A stretch of DNA of 64,000 bases from Candidatus Poribacteria bacterium (GTDB taxonomy: Bacteria; Poribacteria; WGA-4E; PCPOR2b): NCBI GenBank assembly GCA_965208325.1, contig OZ242326.1, forward strand, positions 2,208,001 through 2,272,000. The letters are read 5' to 3'. The notes under the pieces are model-generated. The model did not search any database and had not been told where the DNA came from. It saw only the letters and a list, made by a program, of their open reading frames with translations. The translations under genes and the position numbers were made by a program. Below, piece after piece: positions 59,135-64,000 of this stretch. Position 1 is the stretch's first letter. Each line of letters starts with the position of its first letter.

Positions 59135-60049
59135 CTAATCCCTGCGCTGTTCCGCGGGAATTACCGACTTTATCTGGCGGGCATGGATTACGGAAATACC
59201 GTAACTGAAAACTTCCTCGACAGAAAATTCAAACCCGCTGTGGTGGATTTTCTCCCCCTGTTCCGGCAATCGACCGAATAGACTCAATATAAGCCCACCG
59301 ATTGTATCACATCGATCGGTCTGAATGTTTGTGCCGAATGATGAATTAATCATATCTATTGATGTCCGCGCATCAACAATCCATGAACCGTTGTCGAGGA
59401 GTTCAACCGGCGGGGTATGCCGTTTGTGATTGTAACGTATCTCACCTACGATTTGCTCAATCATGTCCTCCAAAGTGACAAATCCAACGCACCCTGCATG
59501 CTCATCAATGACAACGGCAATGGGGTCTTCCGCGATGCGCAGTTCGTCAAGCAGATCGCTCGTGAGTTTTGTTTCTGGGACATAGTAGGCTGGTCGAATT
59601 AGAGAATTCAGTTCGTTCAATTTCTGGGGTGCATACAGAACATCGGAGATGCTGACAATTCCAGTCAGTCGATCGATTCGTTCTTCATAGACTGGGATGT
59701 ATTGATAGTTAGAGTGGCGCACTATTGCCTTCACTTGCTCGACGGGTGTTGCGACATGAACGGCAATGATTTCTGACAACGGAATCATGACTTCTCGCGC
59801 GGTAGTCGTCGAAAGGGAAAAAATTCCGCGCAACATACGTGATTCGTTAGCTGAAAATGTGTCAATCCATTCAAGGAGAAATTCTAAAACTTGTTCCCTG
59901 GTCGGTCCGACCTTACTTTTGCGCTTCCGTTTGGCAAACACGTTTTTTCTATCGTCAGTATTTGTTATCCTAGACGGAAGGTTCGGTTGTGGATTCGATT
60001 GAGCAACAAGTTGATTTTGTTTATTGATTACTTTGCTTATAAAGCCCAT
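59135..60049 (-). CDS. CBS-pair/CorC-HlyC domain protein
   Basis: AREVMIP, IPVYEERIDRLTG, YVPETK, VIDEHAGCVGFVTLEDMIEQIVGEI, DTIGGLI..FGRLP. Confidence 0.9.
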   Translation of the reverse strand: MGFISKVINKQNQLVAQSNPQPNLPSRITNTDDRKNVFAKRKRKSKVGPTREQVLEFLLEWIDTFSANESRMLRGIFSLSTTTAREVMIPLSEIIAVHVATPVEQVKAIVRHSNYQYIPVYEERIDRLTGIVSISDVLYAPQKLNELNSLIRPAYYVPETKLTSDLLDELRIAEDPIAVVIDEHAGCVGFVTLEDMIEQIVGEIRYNHKRHTPPVELLDNGSWIVDARTSIDMINSSFGTNIQTDRCDTIGGLILSLFGRLPEQGEKIHHSGFEFSVEEVFSYGISVIHARQIKSVIPAEQRRD

Positions 60050-60308
60050 GGGTACGTGTGATAGATTGATTCTAGCCTAGAGATTTGGCCCAATTTGCGA
60101 TTTCGATTTTTTCCTGAAATTGGAAGAATAGCCTTGTTAAAACTACAGTGCAAAGAGACAAAACATGTGCAAGAATTTTCATCTATGCCGTCAACAAAAT
60201 TACCTCATTGCAGATTCAATATTGGGGAAAAGGTGCTCCATATCCAGCAACTTCGTGTGAGATGCGTTTTACTTATTGCATCATCCGGTTTATAAAGTTT
60301 CTCCTAGT

Positions 60309-61007
60309 TTATCGTGCGGATTTGACCCGACCCCACGCGGCTGCGAGTTTTCCATTTAAACCCACCGACCGAGGACGGCCCGGCCCACCCTCCTTAATTT
60401 CTTCGCCCGTAATCTCGACATGATCAAATCGTGCTTGGGCGCCAGAAACCACAAGCCCCGCTTGGCCGGATTTAAGGGGTTGGAGATCCCGCGCGGCAAA
60501 AACTTCATCATCAATCCGAAATTCGAGCAGGTCGCCGTTGACCGATGCCTTAAGTTCGTACCACTTCTCTATATCTCCAACAAAGGGGAAATTTCGAATG
60601 AACCAGATTTGTGGTGTGGCTTTAATAATCCTTGTGGTTCCAAGCGTAAAATTGATGAAAAACAGGTAACGCTCATCCAACTCGCCGCGGTCGTACAAAG
60701 TAAGTCCTACACTTGCTGGGAGGTGTTTTTCTTGCACAAGCTTTACTCTGCATGAGAGGGAATAGTTGTTCCAATCCATATCCCCCGTTAGCCACAAGCT
60801 CATAAAACCGGGCTCGAAGATTTGTCCTACGGCCTCGCCTTCGTCAACCCACCATTTTTCCACGCGGCGATCCAAATTATAGATAGCCCACTCTGGTTCT
60901 CGTCCATCTTCAAAATCGTCGCGCCAAGTGCCAGCAAACCCGAAATTACTGTACGTCAGCATGCCAATTTGAAAGACGAGAACCCATTGAACAAGGACGG
61001 ATTTCAT
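60309..61007 (-). CDS. Secreted beta-sandwich (DUF1080-like) protein
   Basis: Signal peptide, DDFEDG, W.NYSL, WYELK, GQAGL...ARFD.V.I, tail VGLNGKLAAAWGRVK. Confidence 0.7.
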   Translation of the reverse strand: MKSVLVQWVLVFQIGMLTYSNFGFAGTWRDDFEDGREPEWAIYNLDRRVEKWWVDEGEAVGQIFEPGFMSLWLTGDMDWNNYSLSCRVKLVQEKHLPASVGLTLYDRGELDERYLFFINFTLGTTRIIKATPQIWFIRNFPFVGDIEKWYELKASVNGDLLEFRIDDEVFAARDLQPLKSGQAGLVVSGAQARFDHVEITGEEIKEGGPGRPRSVGLNGKLAAAWGRVKSAR

Positions 61008-61333
61008 CTTGCAATTTTCCTCTCATTGAAGGGCTTCCGAAAATAGTAGCAAATAGCCATTCATGTGTCAAGCAAAATTCGGGGATATATTGGTAGTAGT
61101 TAAGGGAAGGTTGGTTTTGTATGGATTTGAGTTACGTATATGATATAGAAGCAGGTTTGAATGTGAATCCTATTCTATAGTATAATATCTGCGCCAGACA
61201 GTGCGGATTCGACAAATCATGGAGTATCTCTTCCGAGCTTCCGCATTTTCCGTTGAAGTTAAAATCCAAGATTGGGATTGCATGGATTGCTACCACACAA
61301 ATTTCGAAGAAATTTCGTAAATTATAACGAACG

Positions 61334-62983
61334 ATGATTCGCCCTCATTTGAATTTTCAACGCAAGCTAATGGCCGTTTTTGTGGGGCTTACCTTGCTCC
61401 CCACACTTGTGCTTGTCCTCGTTTCTTACCATCTGATTGGTCGAAGCATTGAACGGTGGGCAGGTCATCAGATTGCCAATACTTTAGAAAATTCGGCTTT
61501 GATATTGCGTGATGCAAAGGAACTCGCACATAACCTTGAGCTTCACGAAACCGACCTATTGACGCACACTGCCGAGATTTTAGCGGTCGATTTTGATTTG
61601 GTTGCAGGATTAGATTCGCTTAATCTCGAAAATGTTGGCATACGTTCGGCTGAACTTGCCGATGATAACGCAGAATACCTCATCGCTGTGTATGATCGAT
61701 TGGGGAACAGAATATTCACCAGCGTTAGCTCGGACCTGCCGCCGCTCAATCTCGCTGAATTTTTGAATCCCTTGGATGAATTGCCTGATGCCCCTACAGT
61801 TTCCGAGGAATTGGAAAATCAAGGATATTTGATATGTGGGATGCCAATCTTTTCTGAAGACGGCGTCCTACGATTGGGTGCCATTGTCGTCGGAAAATCA
61901 ATGCCGCTGACGCCCGCTCAGACACGTTCTCAGATGGTCTCCATCAAAAACAGCCTTGGGAGCATCAAAAGCCAACTCGGCACTTTGGAGTCCAATATGG
62001 ATGCGGGAGGGACGGTAAACCGTCGAACAGAAAAGCGAACAACTTCTATCGCGCTGGTAATCACGGCAGTTTTGGTAATTGCTCTGTCCTTTTGGGTGAG
62101 TCGTAGCCTCGCTAGGGGAATTAACACGCCAATCCAATCACTCGTTGCCGGCACAAAACAGATTGCCGATGGAAATCTTGACTACAAGGTCGAGGTGCTA
62201 ACTGATGATGAATTTGCCGATTTAGCGAGGGCGTTCAATCGAATGGGGAACGACCTCAAGAAACGCACTGAAGAACTCAGGCGCGCCGAACAAATTGCGG
62301 CATGGCAGGACGTCGCACAAAAACTGGCGCATGAGATAAAGAATCCGCTGACCCCAATCCAGTTGTCGGCGCAACGCCTACAACGCCGTTACCAGAACGG
62401 TGGCGAAGACTTTGGGGAGCTTCTAGATCGCTGTACACAAACCATCATCACTGAAGTTGAGGGGTTAAGGCATCTGCTCGACGAGTTTTCCCTGCTTGCC
62501 CGGATGCCATCCCCCCAGATCGCTTCCGTGAACTTACGCGAGACAATTGACGAAACTTTGGAACTATTCGACAACGTACCGTCGAATATTGTTTGCCAAA
62601 TTGATGCTTCACCTGACCTGCCTCTAGTTACCGCAGACGCGGAATATCTGAAACGCGCCTTTTTCAATTTGATTAAAAACGCGCTGGAAGCCATGTCGGA
62701 AACTAACGAGCCATCGCTGACGATTCGCGCATTCACGTCAGCCGACGCATCAAAAGTGTGTGTGCAGTTTTCCGATACAGGGCCGGGAATACCTGCTGAA
62801 ATGAGACCAAAGTTGTTCATGCCGCACGTGTCTACCAAGAAAGAGGGAATGGGACTAGGTCTGGCGATTGTAAAAAAAATTCTCACGGATCTTGGCGGCG
62901 ACATCCGCGTTGAGGAATCTAAATTCGATTCGGCCGGTGCGACTTTTACACTATGGTTGAAGGCAGTTGAAGCTGAAACGTGA
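61334..62983 (+). CDS. NtrY-like HAMP sensor histidine kinase
   Basis: Two TM helices, HAMP domain, AWQDVAQKLAHEIKNPLTPIQLSA H-box, NLIKNA, DTGPGI, GMGLGLAIV. Confidence 0.93.
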   Translation: MIRPHLNFQRKLMAVFVGLTLLPTLVLVLVSYHLIGRSIERWAGHQIANTLENSALILRDAKELAHNLELHETDLLTHTAEILAVDFDLVAGLDSLNLENVGIRSAELADDNAEYLIAVYDRLGNRIFTSVSSDLPPLNLAEFLNPLDELPDAPTVSEELENQGYLICGMPIFSEDGVLRLGAIVVGKSMPLTPAQTRSQMVSIKNSLGSIKSQLGTLESNMDAGGTVNRRTEKRTTSIALVITAVLVIALSFWVSRSLARGINTPIQSLVAGTKQIADGNLDYKVEVLTDDEFADLARAFNRMGNDLKKRTEELRRAEQIAAWQDVAQKLAHEIKNPLTPIQLSAQRLQRRYQNGGEDFGELLDRCTQTIITEVEGLRHLLDEFSLLARMPSPQIASVNLRETIDETLELFDNVPSNIVCQIDASPDLPLVTADAEYLKRAFFNLIKNALEAMSETNEPSLTIRAFTSADASKVCVQFSDTGPGIPAEMRPKLFMPHVSTKKEGMGLGLAIVKKILTDLGGDIRVEESKFDSAGATFTLWLKAVEAET

Positions 62984-63008
62984 GTTGAGAGCGATCGCGT
63001 GCCTTTAA

Positions 63009-64000
63009 ATGAATACTAGACGGGTTGTCACTGCATTCTTGGCTCATAGTGGAAAAATCCTGCTGCTGAAACGTAGTAGCAAAGTCAGGACATACCCTAG
63101 GCGCTGGGCGGGCATTAGTGGTTCGATAGAACAAGTCGATGCATCCCCCGATGAAAGAGTTTTGAAGGAGATAGAAGAGGAAACCGGTCTTTTCCCGGAA
63201 GATATTCAATTCGTCAGAAAGGGCAAACCGGTAAGAATTGCGGATGAAAACCGGATTTGGATGGTTTACCCCTTTCTCTACAATGTGCCAAACCCGGGCA
63301 AAATCCGCACAAATTGGGAGCATACCGACAAATTATGGATTGAGCCGGGTGAGATTACAGCGCATAATACCGTCCCAAACCTAGCGCAAACACTCGATAG
63401 CGTCTATCTGAGAAAAGGGCTTTCCAATCGCATTGCTGACATTGAAGCAGATCGTACACTCGGTGCGTCAGAACTTGCGCTCGCGGCGTTGTATGTATTG
63501 AAAAGGGAAACTACTGAAGTACGCGCGAAATCTCCGGACGCCCTGCTTGCCCATTTGTCCAACGTCGCATGGCATCTGCGCAGCACTAGGCCAAGCATGG
63601 CCCCATTAACAAACGCGACTGCTTTCGTGCTCTACCACGCCATGAGGGAACCAATTAAACGCAAGCGGGTATCTTATCTGAGAGCGCTCATCGCTGAAAA
63701 AATTGACGAATATGAGACGAATTGCAGGAACGCCTCGAAAATCATCTCGCATCAAACCGAGAGTTTGCTGGCAGATAATACAACCATCCTGACACATAGT
63801 TACAGTGGAACGGTTGTAAATGCAATTGCGAGTTCGAGCAGGGAACACCTACATATCATCGTCACCGAATCTAGGCCATTATATGAAGGCGTCAAGACCG
63901 CCAATCGCCTATCGGAGAACTACGATGTTACTCTCATCACCGATGCACAAGCGGGACATTTCATTGGACAAGCGGACATCGTGCTCATTGGATCGGATTC
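63009..64000 (+). CDS. NUDIX hydrolase fused to an eIF-2B/ribose-1,5-bisphosphate isomerase-like domain (runs off the window)
   Basis: Manual translation from ATG 63009: ILLLKRSSKVRTYPRRWAGISGSIE...EIEEETG, NWEH, then DRTLGASELA, RPSMAP, ILTHSYSGTV, VTESRPLYEG, ITDAQ. Absent from the ORF track because there is no stop in the window. Confidence 0.85.
   Translation, partial: MNTRRVVTAFLAHSGKILLLKRSSKVRTYPRRWAGISGSIEQVDASPDERVLKEIEEETGLFPEDIQFVRKGKPVRIADENRIWMVYPFLYNVPNPGKIRTNWEHTDKLWIEPGEITAHNTVPNLAQTLDSVYLRKGLSNRIADIEADRTLGASELALAALYVLKRETTEVRAKSPDALLAHLSNVAWHLRSTRPSMAPLTNATAFVLYHAMREPIKRKRVSYLRALIAEKIDEYETNCRNASKIISHQTESLLADNTTILTHSYSGTVVNAIASSSREHLHIIVTESRPLYEGVKTANRLSENYDVTLITDAQAGHFIGQADIVLIGSD

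Noticed and set aside
1..64000. tRNA, rRNA, integrase or transposase genes
   Set aside because: None recognised by eye; tRNAscan-SE/Rfam could still find small RNAs in the larger intergenic gaps.

Overview
A roughly 50% GC bacterial chromosome segment from a diderm organism (LolA, an outer-membrane-type DUF5916-like protein, lipoproteins). It is most likely Candidatus Poribacteria, inferred from several secreted LamG-type proteins ending in a KLATTW-x-x-LK tail, a DUF6785-like transporter and a PQQ-propeller protein. Housekeeping genes include ileS, purD, ftsY, leuCD, ppdK, recA, thpR, pgsA and lolA. The standout locus is a complete, compact Pup-proteasome operon (arc-dop-pup-prcB-prcA-pafA, 27053-33507) downstream of recA, with its own consensus promoter about 670 nt upstream. 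Other notable items: a candidate Ile-codon ribosome attenuator ahead of a GVHH-motif type 2 IleRS; a RelA zinc-finger plus DUF2250-like wHTH fusion; an ABC/AAA_21 ATPase plus PIN pair behind a truncated restriction specificity gene (candidate defence module); a MoaD-like protein with a C-terminal extension; a shared C-terminal motif on unrelated secreted proteins; a NUDIX plus eIF-2B-like fusion missed by the ORF track; and several REP/REPIN and MITE-like repeats. No tRNA, rRNA or CRISPR array was seen. All family assignments come from recognising motifs by eye, not from database searches.
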